Position numbers and translations under genes: made by a program
Source: an uncultured virus (IMG/VR IMGVR_UViG_3300000205_000001)
Taxonomy: Duplodnaviria > Heunggongvirae > Uroviricota > Caudoviricetes
Strand: one strand, 5' to 3'
Virus record (IMG/VR): IMGVR_UViG_3300000205_000001
Span: 62,001-99,180 of that record
Length of the DNA: 37,180 nt
Part shown: piece after piece, positions 29,470-37,180 of the stretch
Numbering within the stretch: position 1 is the stretch's first letter
How the letters are laid out: each line of letters starts with the position of its first letter
The notes under the pieces: generated by a model
What the model was told of the DNA's origin: nothing
The model's input: only the letters and a program-made list of their open reading frames with translations
The model's database searches: none

Positions 29470-30612
29470 ATGTTCGAGCGCTTATCCATGGAGCAGATTT
29501 ACGCCAAAATGGAAGGCTGGGCAAAGGGCGTGACCAGCAAGGTGACCGACTTCCGGGTTGGTTCGAAGGTTCGCACCGTTCTGGAAGCCGTGGCGGTAGT
29601 TGTGGAAGAGCTGTACGACCGCATCTACCGCCGCCTGAAAGCACTTATCGAAGAGAGCATCTACACCATTGTTGGCTTCAACAAAATACCCGCCACCTAC
29701 GCCAGCGGCATCGCCCGCTTCGGAAAGGCGTCCCCAGCCGAGCAGGACTACTTCATCCCGGCAGGTACCATGGTTCAGTCCCGGGCGTCCCAATTTACCG
29801 CGCCGCAGAAGTTCCGCACCACGCAGGACGCTCTTTTGCTGGCAGGCAGTACCTACGTGGACGTGCCTGTTGTTTGCATGGAACCGGGAACCATCGGAAA
29901 CATCGAAGCCAACACCTTGACGGAGTTCGTTCAGAAGCCCACAGGTATCGACACCGTGACGAACCCTTCCGCCTTCACCAACGGAAGGGAGGAAGAGACC
30001 CTAGAAGAGCAAAAGGCGCGGTTCCAGCGCTTCATCGAGTCCCAAACCCGGGGGATTCTCCAATCCGTCGAATACGGAGCTACCCTTGCTGTCGTAAAGG
30101 ACGAAAACGGAAACATCGTCGAGCGGGTGCTGGACGCCCTTGCTGTGGAAGACCTGCCCGCCCGGAAAGGGGAAGTAGACCTGTACATTTGGAACGGTGT
30201 CGGTCAAGCTTCGGAAGCACTGATTGACGAAATATGGCGCATCGAAAAGGGGTATTACGACGAATTCGGGAACCCGGTGTACGGCTACAAGCCCGCCGGG
30301 ATATGGCTGAACATCTACTCCGCATCTGTGAAAAACGTGAAAATTCAGCTTCAGGTAACACCGGAGTCTACCGTTACGCTGGAAGAACTGAAGCCGCAGA
30401 TTGAAGCGGAGATTGACCGTTACTTCTCCGAAGTCAAAATGGGTTCCACAGTGATACAAACCGCACTGGAAGCCAACATCAAGGACATCGAAGGCATCTA
30501 TGACGTGAAGCTGTACTTCTCCACCGACGGCGGAGCCAGCTACGACACAAACAACATTGTGCTGGGTTCTTACGAAGTCTGCCTGTTGGATAAGCCCATC
30601 ATGTATGTGTAA
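29470..30612 (+). CDS. Baseplate J-like protein
   Basis: TDFRVGSKVRTVLEAVA, IPAGT, GTIGN, VTNP..FTNGREEET, YKPAGI. Confidence 0.88.
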   Translation: MFERLSMEQIYAKMEGWAKGVTSKVTDFRVGSKVRTVLEAVAVVVEELYDRIYRRLKALIEESIYTIVGFNKIPATYASGIARFGKASPAEQDYFIPAGTMVQSRASQFTAPQKFRTTQDALLLAGSTYVDVPVVCMEPGTIGNIEANTLTEFVQKPTGIDTVTNPSAFTNGREEETLEEQKARFQRFIESQTRGILQSVEYGATLAVVKDENGNIVERVLDALAVEDLPARKGEVDLYIWNGVGQASEALIDEIWRIEKGYYDEFGNPVYGYKPAGIWLNIYSASVKNVKIQLQVTPESTVTLEELKPQIEAEIDRYFSEVKMGSTVIQTALEANIKDIEGIYDVKLYFSTDGGASYDTNNIVLGSYEVCLLDKPIMYV

Positions 30613-30625
30613 GGGGTGAACCGGG

Positions 30626-32023
30626 ATGAAGATGATGAGAGCCTTGCTTCAGAACGTGGGGCGAAGCTGGAATGTCCTTCCGCAGGACATTCCAGTGCTC
30701 ACCGTGACAGCACCGGGCGTAAATGGGACGTTCCCGCACAAGTTCGTAACGGTCACCCACAACGAGCTGATTTTCCATAACATCACGTATCGGAAGGGCT
30801 TGCCGGAGAAGATATCCATTTCCTTGGACGGCATGACCTTGGGAGAGCTGGCAACCTTTTTGACCAACATGGAAGTGGACTTTGCCCGCCCATACTACGC
30901 CACACTCACTTCCGAAGGTGCTAAAATAGCCGGTCAACTGGCGATTAAGCTCATGCCCGTGGAGAACCTGCCGCTTACGGGACGAAAGACTTTCACCCTG
31001 ACGGCGTTTTCCTCCAAGCTGTGGGAAGTGCTTTATCCCATTGCCCGGCTGTTGCAGGAAGCAGACGGGGACGTGGATAGAGCGATTGAGCAGATGATGG
31101 CACCCATGTCCAGAGGCAGATGGCTGGAGTACTGGGCGTCCTTTTTCAAAGTGAAGCGCGTCACCGGAGAGTCGGACAGTAGCCTTGCCAACCGAATGAT
31201 GCTGGCGCTGGCAAATATCAAGACGAACAACATAGCGATTGAACAACTTGTGCGTATAGCACTTCAGACTAAGCAGGTGGAAGTACGTGACTTGTCGCCT
31301 GCCCTGTTCGAAGTCGTCATCGAGCCGGAATTTATCGGGACGTCTAGTTTGGTGCACCCCATCATCCAGTCATTAAAAGGCGCGGGTATCGACTACTTTC
31401 TCAACTACGCCAAGCAACTGGAAGAAAACTACCGAGCATCCTTTTTTGATCGAGAATTCCAATCGTTTATCACATCTGATAAACGCACGATGGACGCAGA
31501 AGCTCGCATGCGCGAAACACCTTTTGGACACACCCAAGGCCATCAACCGTTCCGGTTGAACATAACGAAGCTGGTTACTGGTCGTCCTATTCTGGATACG
31601 CCAAAGCGCATCCTCCGAGATGATGCTTCCTTGGTGCTTGAACCCGCATGGGGCGAATTTTACCCGCTTCTGGCGCTTCAGAAGACTACGACGAGCAGGT
31701 TTCGCCTGAATTCGGGGAGACTGAACCGCACCGAATCCGAAAACACCCTCTATGGCACGGTAAATTATGGTGCTATAATGGATGGGACGATGGTAGAACT
31801 TGTCGAGGGGTTTCCGAATCCTTCGGAAGCGATAGGTACCGAGATGGCGCATGTCGAGCAACTCTATAGAGAGCCTGTTGTACGAGGCTCGGTAGGCTTC
31901 CGTCTCAACTTTAGCAAAGTGATGAGTGGGGCTACACTTTCACGATTGGACGAGCGTGTAAGCGAAGAGGGTTCCATGACCCTGACGCGAGGCGGCACAA
32001 CCGTCCAAAGCATGACTTGGTAA
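30626..32023 (+). CDS. Baseplate wedge protein (P2 gpI-like) with repeated C-terminal motif
   Basis: GRWLEYWASFFKVKR..GESD; LKGAGI; follows the J-like gene. Confidence 0.65.
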   Translation: MKMMRALLQNVGRSWNVLPQDIPVLTVTAPGVNGTFPHKFVTVTHNELIFHNITYRKGLPEKISISLDGMTLGELATFLTNMEVDFARPYYATLTSEGAKIAGQLAIKLMPVENLPLTGRKTFTLTAFSSKLWEVLYPIARLLQEADGDVDRAIEQMMAPMSRGRWLEYWASFFKVKRVTGESDSSLANRMMLALANIKTNNIAIEQLVRIALQTKQVEVRDLSPALFEVVIEPEFIGTSSLVHPIIQSLKGAGIDYFLNYAKQLEENYRASFFDREFQSFITSDKRTMDAEARMRETPFGHTQGHQPFRLNITKLVTGRPILDTPKRILRDDASLVLEPAWGEFYPLLALQKTTTSRFRLNSGRLNRTESENTLYGTVNYGAIMDGTMVELVEGFPNPSEAIGTEMAHVEQLYREPVVRGSVGFRLNFSKVMSGATLSRLDERVSEEGSMTLTRGGTTVQSMTW

Positions 32024-32041
32024 AGAGGGGGAAAGAGAAGC

Positions 32042-32626
32042 ATGAAAAACCAGTGGGAAGAACGTGGCATTTTGTCCGCGAAGGGCTTCATCAGCGCCTT
32101 CATGCACACTTCGGAACTGGAATTCGTATCGCTTAGCGATACCGACCCCATGCAGGGGTACTTCCGAAGACCGAATAACGTCCTGCAAGAAATGCACGTA
32201 AAAAATCTCATCGTAAGCAAGGCGTCCCAATTCATGGCGAAGCGTATGCGTCCCGGAGCGTCTTGGGGGACAGGCATTACTCACTTGGAAGTGGGAACAG
32301 GAGTTGGCACGGGAACCACACAAGCGCCGCAACCTGAATCGGCTGACCAAACAGCGCTTCGTGCTCCACTGGCACGAAAGGCCATTACATCGTGGACATA
32401 TCTGGATGCAAACGGGGCACCAACCGCTTCGGAAACAAACGTCCTTCAGCTGACCACGACGTTTAACGAGACAGAGGCAACGGGGGCTATTGTAGAAATG
32501 GGGCTGTTTGGCGGCGACGCCACGGATGCCATTGGGACAGGCTACATGTTTAACTACAAGACATTCCCGGTATGGAACAAAGCTTCGGATATGAAGCTGA
32601 CCATTGTGTGGAAGCTCACGTTCTAA
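32042..32626 (+). CDS. Baseplate/tail-fibre attachment protein
   Basis: KNLIV, ITHLEVGTG, DQTAL, EATGAIVEMGLF, LTIVWKLTF. Confidence 0.65.
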   Translation: MKNQWEERGILSAKGFISAFMHTSELEFVSLSDTDPMQGYFRRPNNVLQEMHVKNLIVSKASQFMAKRMRPGASWGTGITHLEVGTGVGTGTTQAPQPESADQTALRAPLARKAITSWTYLDANGAPTASETNVLQLTTTFNETEATGAIVEMGLFGGDATDAIGTGYMFNYKTFPVWNKASDMKLTIVWKLTF

Positions 32627-32644
32627 TGAAAGGGGAGAAGGTAC

Positions 32645-35600
32645 ATGGCTGATTTTACCGTTCAGGATAAGTTTAACCCGGACAAATCCTTCACAGACGT
32701 GAAATTCGGTTCGGATTCCGTGCTTTTGGAAGTTGAACTGAACGAAATGCAAAAGATTCAAAACCATATGAGAGCGGAGATTCTCCGCAATATGGTGCAT
32801 AGCGGTTTTCTGAGCATGGGCAAAACTCTTGTAGGGTTGGACTTCTTGCGGACTAAGCGGGATGGTGCCGTGCTAGTACCAGCAACATACGCCCAATTCA
32901 ACTTCAAAAATATGATGCAAATTGACGCCATAAAAGCCGTTGTGAACGGGTTCATGTTGGACATCTCCAAGTTTGTAGACGCAACAGGCTACAGTGACGC
33001 CGATCTGACCACCGGAAACCTGATTCAGCTCCCCGACCCGCCTGCTACGGGAACCCGCGAAGACTTGGTATTCTTGGAAGTTTGGTTTGAGGAAATCGGG
33101 GATGGGGAGACCATAAACCGATACGGGGGAACCAAATCAGGTATCCTTACAAACGACTTGAAAGACAGCCGAATTGGTGAGGAAACGTCCCGCCGCAATC
33201 AGCTCAAATGGCGCATTCGAAGTGTTGCTGGTGTAAACTTCGGAAGCAAGCCTGAAGGGGTAGACGACGCTACAGTCGTAAAGGCATGGGGAGCAAACAC
33301 CGCCGACACAACGAGAGTGTTTACGAAGCATGCAACCGATAAGGGACTGTACGTAGCTGGCGACGGCTCTCAAGCGTCTAAGGATGAGCTACGAACTGTC
33401 GATGGGTATGTGTATGCCGTTCCGATGTTTCGCGTATCGCGCCGCAATTCTGGAAGCTTCAGCGTGAATAACCCAACTGGCGCTCGCAACGCTGTACGGC
33501 TAGTAACAACACAAGCGGTTAGCGCGTCCGAAGTTCCCGTCACCTTCGGAGTTACCAGCGTAGCAGGTATCCAAGTCGGTGATATGCTTATCTCCGATGA
33601 TGGGACTCTCTTCGGAAAAGTTACCGCGATTGATACGAACGCCAATACGCTTACAACCGCCCGCGCCGCTTTTGCGGTAGGCTTCGGTGGAGCGATCAAC
33701 TTGAAATCTGACCGTCCCGATGGTCTGTATGCTGACATCATCGACGAGCGCGATATCATCGACCTTCGCCATTACGCACCATTACAAAAACCGGACTACA
33801 AGGCACTCCTTGCTTCTGAGTTCCAAAAGTACATGCGCGGGGAACTGGCGAAAAGAGCTACACTGAAGACGTATCACGGCCTTCGGAAGACACCGACAGA
33901 TGCCAGCACTGTATTTTACACGTCTCTGGATGGTACGGCGACGGCGGAGATTGGCGGAGCACCTACCGTAACTGGCACCGTAGCGTTCGCACCGTCTGTC
34001 ACGGGTTCAGGCATGTACTTTGATGGTTCTACACACCTGTCCTACCCGCTGAACAACCTGTCCAGCGGCGTATCGGCAGTCACACTTGACTGCTTTGTAC
34101 GGGTGAAAGACTTTAGCAATACGCGGCATTTCTGGGGCTTGTACGACCCGTCCAGCCAGCTTTCGGTATCTTTCTACTACCTCCAAACTGGAAACTCCAT
34201 TCGCCTGTCAAAAAGGGGCGCGGTGCTCCTAGAGGCTCTGAAGGGAACCGCAGATAAAATTCTGAAAAACTTCACCCACCTGCGTGTCGTGCTGACCGAC
34301 GCGAAGGCACAGCTTTATGTGAATGGCGCACTGGTCGCAGAAACTTCGTCAGCACCCGGCGTTACGATGTCGTTTGCATCCATGACGGTGGGCTACATTA
34401 CGGGAACCAGCCCGTCCTTCAAGATGATCGGAACCATAGCCGACCTGGCCGTATCCAACATCGACCGAGGAACAACCTTCACCACGCTTCCGAAGGACTT
34501 CACTGATGGATACGCTGTTCTCGCGCCCGCCTTTACGGGGCAACGCAGACAGTATTCCGAGGCGCAAAATACACAAGTGCAGGTTGGCTTCGCAAAACTT
34601 GGCGGTACAGGAAGCTCCCGTGGGATTAAAGTGACGCTTCAACAGAACGCCAACCAATGGACGGCTGGTGACAAAATCTCCATCGAAGGTGTAGCCGGGG
34701 AGATTATCACGGGTGTCTATGACACCGATACCGCTCTTGCGAAGGTGACACAGGACTTCGCAAGCGGCGGAACCGTCGTTTACGTAGACGACGTTTCCAA
34801 GCTGGCTGTGAACGATACGGTTCGGTTCTACAATCGCATAAACAACACCGTGAGCGGCGAATACACCATTTCTGCCGTAGATACTACCGCGAAGACCATC
34901 ACACTGTCTTCGGTGGTCAACCAAGCGCTTACGAAGGAGCAAGACTTCGTGGTAGAGACCACCGCTTCGACTTCTGTACCAACCGTGAAGTTCAAAGACG
35001 GTTCCATCTACACCCAAGCAGGTACGTGGACAGGCCTTGGAACGAACAAAGCAGAATTCACGCTTGGTTCGTTGGCGGCACAGCTCAACGTAGAGGACTT
35101 GGAGATTACCTACAGCCTGACCACTCCGGCAGGGCAAGCGGGCTTCTCCGAAGTTCCAACGGCGGTGTATGGCGGGGAAGCAAATGGCGGTGCGCTAAAA
35201 ATCGGAACCGTTGCCGTGTCGGACGACTTCGCTGGAAAAGTGCAGGGAAGTGTCACAGCAAATCCTAACGTAATGAAAAATACCAGCTCCGCGAGCTTGG
35301 TTTCCCCCACAACCCTGAGTGAGGTTTCCACACAAGCTTACTATGACGCGATTACGGCGCTTGACGGAAATACGGCGAACACACAAACAACTGTGAACGG
35401 AGAAATCCCTCAACACATATTTGCCTTCGACCTCATCCGCATTGTGGAGGACAAGTTCGGGGAAATTCCGTCTCTGAACAAGGTGCAGTGGCTGAAGGAC
35501 AATCTAAAGGCCATCACATTCAAATGGTGGGGACACGGAAGTTCTGCGTCTGGTAACAAAGCGAACGTGCGGTGGTGGGATGGAAGCACAAGCGCATGGC

Positions 35601-36502
35601 AAGGCTCCTCCTTTAATGCGTCGTCCACGGCTACACTGGTAACTATAATCTTGTTGAAGCCGAACACAGACAAAAACATCGACGCCGGCGGATTCGCACA
35701 CTTCATTGCCTACACCGACGCATCCGACGGTGTCACAGCATCCGCTATCAACACGGACTACGCTATGCTTGAAGTCGAGCTGGTAAGTAAGCCCGAGTAC
35801 AGCCTGCTCGTCCCCAGCAACCCACGGCGAGACGCAGGGAAATCCGCTGTTCTCTTGGTTCGGAAGGAGACCAAAGAAGTCGAATCCTACTTTAACCACG
35901 ACAACAACTACGGCATCGCAACCTATGTAGAGTATTTGCCCGTTCCGCAGGTACTGGCGACTACGGAAGACGTAACCATCCTTGCAGAAGCTTCCGAAGT
36001 TCTTCTCACCGACCTTGGCACTTCCGTAGCCCATAAACAGGGAACCCATCCGTTCCTGAACCCGGCTTACCGGGTACGCAATGACCGCATCGACATGTAT
36101 GGCGAATTCGGATTCGGTAGCGTAGCGATTGCACGGGACACGAAGGATGCAAACACGGGGGCGAAGGTGCGTGTAAATGGTACGGGCTTCAGTGACCAAT
36201 ACACCAAGCAATACGCCATCCCGGTTGTTCAGAAACCGATGGTCGGCATTGTTCCCTATCTGGTGCTTCATAACGGCGAGCTGAAGCTGTTCATCTTCAG
36301 TAAGTACATGACCTCCGGCACGTTCGACGTGGACGGCGCTGGCGTCGGTCTTTTGGTTCCCATCAGCGGCAAACCGCTTGTGAAGGAACAGGAAGGCGTC
36401 ACGCGCACAGGTGTAACGACTCCGACCACTTGGAGAACGCCAACGGGTGAAGTCCAAGGCTGGATGAACGCCAGCGGGCAAATCATCGCAACGTACCAGT
36501 AA
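32645..36502 (+). CDS. Tail fibre / receptor-binding protein with LamG-like domain
   Basis: 1285 aa; N-terminal ELNEMQ, REDLVFLEVW, RPDGLYADII...IIDLRH; FTHLRVV...LYVNGALV (LamG-like). Confidence 0.75.
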   Translation: MADFTVQDKFNPDKSFTDVKFGSDSVLLEVELNEMQKIQNHMRAEILRNMVHSGFLSMGKTLVGLDFLRTKRDGAVLVPATYAQFNFKNMMQIDAIKAVVNGFMLDISKFVDATGYSDADLTTGNLIQLPDPPATGTREDLVFLEVWFEEIGDGETINRYGGTKSGILTNDLKDSRIGEETSRRNQLKWRIRSVAGVNFGSKPEGVDDATVVKAWGANTADTTRVFTKHATDKGLYVAGDGSQASKDELRTVDGYVYAVPMFRVSRRNSGSFSVNNPTGARNAVRLVTTQAVSASEVPVTFGVTSVAGIQVGDMLISDDGTLFGKVTAIDTNANTLTTARAAFAVGFGGAINLKSDRPDGLYADIIDERDIIDLRHYAPLQKPDYKALLASEFQKYMRGELAKRATLKTYHGLRKTPTDASTVFYTSLDGTATAEIGGAPTVTGTVAFAPSVTGSGMYFDGSTHLSYPLNNLSSGVSAVTLDCFVRVKDFSNTRHFWGLYDPSSQLSVSFYYLQTGNSIRLSKRGAVLLEALKGTADKILKNFTHLRVVLTDAKAQLYVNGALVAETSSAPGVTMSFASMTVGYITGTSPSFKMIGTIADLAVSNIDRGTTFTTLPKDFTDGYAVLAPAFTGQRRQYSEAQNTQVQVGFAKLGGTGSSRGIKVTLQQNANQWTAGDKISIEGVAGEIITGVYDTDTALAKVTQDFASGGTVVYVDDVSKLAVNDTVRFYNRINNTVSGEYTISAVDTTAKTITLSSVVNQALTKEQDFVVETTASTSVPTVKFKDGSIYTQAGTWTGLGTNKAEFTLGSLAAQLNVEDLEITYSLTTPAGQAGFSEVPTAVYGGEANGGALKIGTVAVSDDFAGKVQGSVTANPNVMKNTSSASLVSPTTLSEVSTQAYYDAITALDGNTANTQTTVNGEIPQHIFAFDLIRIVEDKFGEIPSLNKVQWLKDNLKAITFKWWGHGSSASGNKANVRWWDGSTSAWQGSSFNASSTATLVTIILLKPNTDKNIDAGGFAHFIAYTDASDGVTASAINTDYAMLEVELVSKPEYSLLVPSNPRRDAGKSAVLLVRKETKEVESYFNHDNNYGIATYVEYLPVPQVLATTEDVTILAEASEVLLTDLGTSVAHKQGTHPFLNPAYRVRNDRIDMYGEFGFGSVAIARDTKDANTGAKVRVNGTGFSDQYTKQYAIPVVQKPMVGIVPYLVLHNGELKLFIFSKYMTSGTFDVDGAGVGLLVPISGKPLVKEQEGVTRTGVTTPTTWRTPTGEVQGWMNASGQIIATYQ

Positions 36503-36511
36503 TAGGTGAAT

Positions 36512-36541
36512 AGGGCTTCGGAAGACTACCGAAGCCCTTTC
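36512..36541 (+). terminator. Hairpin terminator after the tail fibre gene
   Basis: agggcttcgg-aagacta-ccgaagccct followed by a short T run. Confidence 0.6.
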
Positions 36542-36633
36542 ACAAAACAATCCAATGTCGTATCATAAAAGTAGTTTCCATTAAGTGGTTACTTTCGGAT
36601 AACGGCCATTTACAATAGGAAAGGGGGAGGAAC

Positions 36634-37180
36634 ATGCCAGTAATTACGCTACAGAAATCAAATACAAAAATCATTGACACAAGCATTATTCAAAGCAATC
36701 CGACAGCAGGAAATGAAGGAAACGCCTATGCCTATGTTGGAGTAGGCGGGTCATCGGGCGACATATACAGGGGACTGTTTTTCTTTGATCTAGGATTAGT
36801 ACCAAACGATGCTATCATCAACAGCGCAACATTAAACGTGCCGAAAGCCTATGAAAGTGGGCTTGCTTCATGTATTGTAGACATTCATAAAATTACAAGC
36901 TCTTGGGACGGAAGTGTAAATTGGAACACACGTCCAAGCTACAACCCTGCAGTTTCGCAATCAATAACGGTAACTAACGGTACAGGATCTTTTACGGCAG
37001 ACGTTAAAAGTTTAGTGCAAGAATGGATCAACGGAACGTCACCCAATTATGGTTTTTTACTTAAAACACGAGATGAAGTGACACTCAATAGTGTTAACTA
37101 CTTTGGTACTATTGAGAATGGAAACACAGCTTATCAACCAACCCTCACTATCGACTACACAATCCCGAGCACAGGGAAAA
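36634..37180 (+). CDS. Partial DNRLRE-domain protein (runs off the window; absent from the ORF track)
   Basis: RBS GGGGGAGG, ATG 36634, open to the window end: IDTSII...YRGLFFFDL..VPNDAIINSATL...HKITSSW...VNWNTRP...DVKSLVQEWING..PNYGFLLK...PTLTIDY; markedly AT-richer than the core. Confidence 0.75.
   Translation, partial: MPVITLQKSNTKIIDTSIIQSNPTAGNEGNAYAYVGVGGSSGDIYRGLFFFDLGLVPNDAIINSATLNVPKAYESGLASCIVDIHKITSSWDGSVNWNTRPSYNPAVSQSITVTNGTGSFTADVKSLVQEWINGTSPNYGFLLKTRDEVTLNSVNYFGTIENGNTAYQPTLTIDYTIPSTGK

Larger units (their letters stand above)
475..36524. repeat. Dispersed quasi-palindrome CTTC(C/G)GAAG, about 49 exact copies
   Basis: Examples: 475, 835, 1492, 2323, 3042, 3840, 4455, 6810, 7486, 8030, 9053, 9334, 9784, 11628, 11709, 12040, 12282, 13869, 15275, 16126, 19414, 19429, 19444, 20752, 21261, 26491, 26921, 31821, 32161, 33881, 35991, 36516 (manual count). 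Confidence 0.9.

Overview
Virion-morphogenesis region of a contractile-tailed (myovirus-type) phage with strong Firmicutes-style ribosome-binding sites (RBS). All credible genes are on the + strand. From about 12.5 kb onward the order is conventional and SPO1/Twort-like: prohead protease with nested scaffold, major capsid, head completion/neck, sheath, tube, frameshifting tail chaperone, tape measure with a lysozyme-like tip, baseplate, tail fibre and a partial DNRLRE-domain gene. The first 11.7 kb is unusual: two giant multidomain genes sit inside the head module. ORF1 (1258 aa) carries a zincin/LPD1-type peptidase, a ParB-like domain and an R-S-E ADP-ribosyltransferase. ORF2 (about 2302 aa after splicing) carries sigma-70-like regions 2-4 and a SNF2 helicase whose Walker A is split by a group I intron (8587-9478) encoding a LAGLIDADG endonuclease. 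Both proteins have [LIVM]-x-K-[SA] motifs at domain borders, like those that saturate the scaffold and occur at the capsid N-terminus. This suggests capsid-packaged, protease-processed, injected effector polyproteins, including an injected sigma factor (inference). Also seen: about 49 copies of the quasi-palindrome CTTC(C/G)GAAG, a three-way-junction RNA-like element next to a Com-like Zn-ribbon gene, and depletion of GATC/GGCC. All calls come from reading motifs by eye; no database searches were run.
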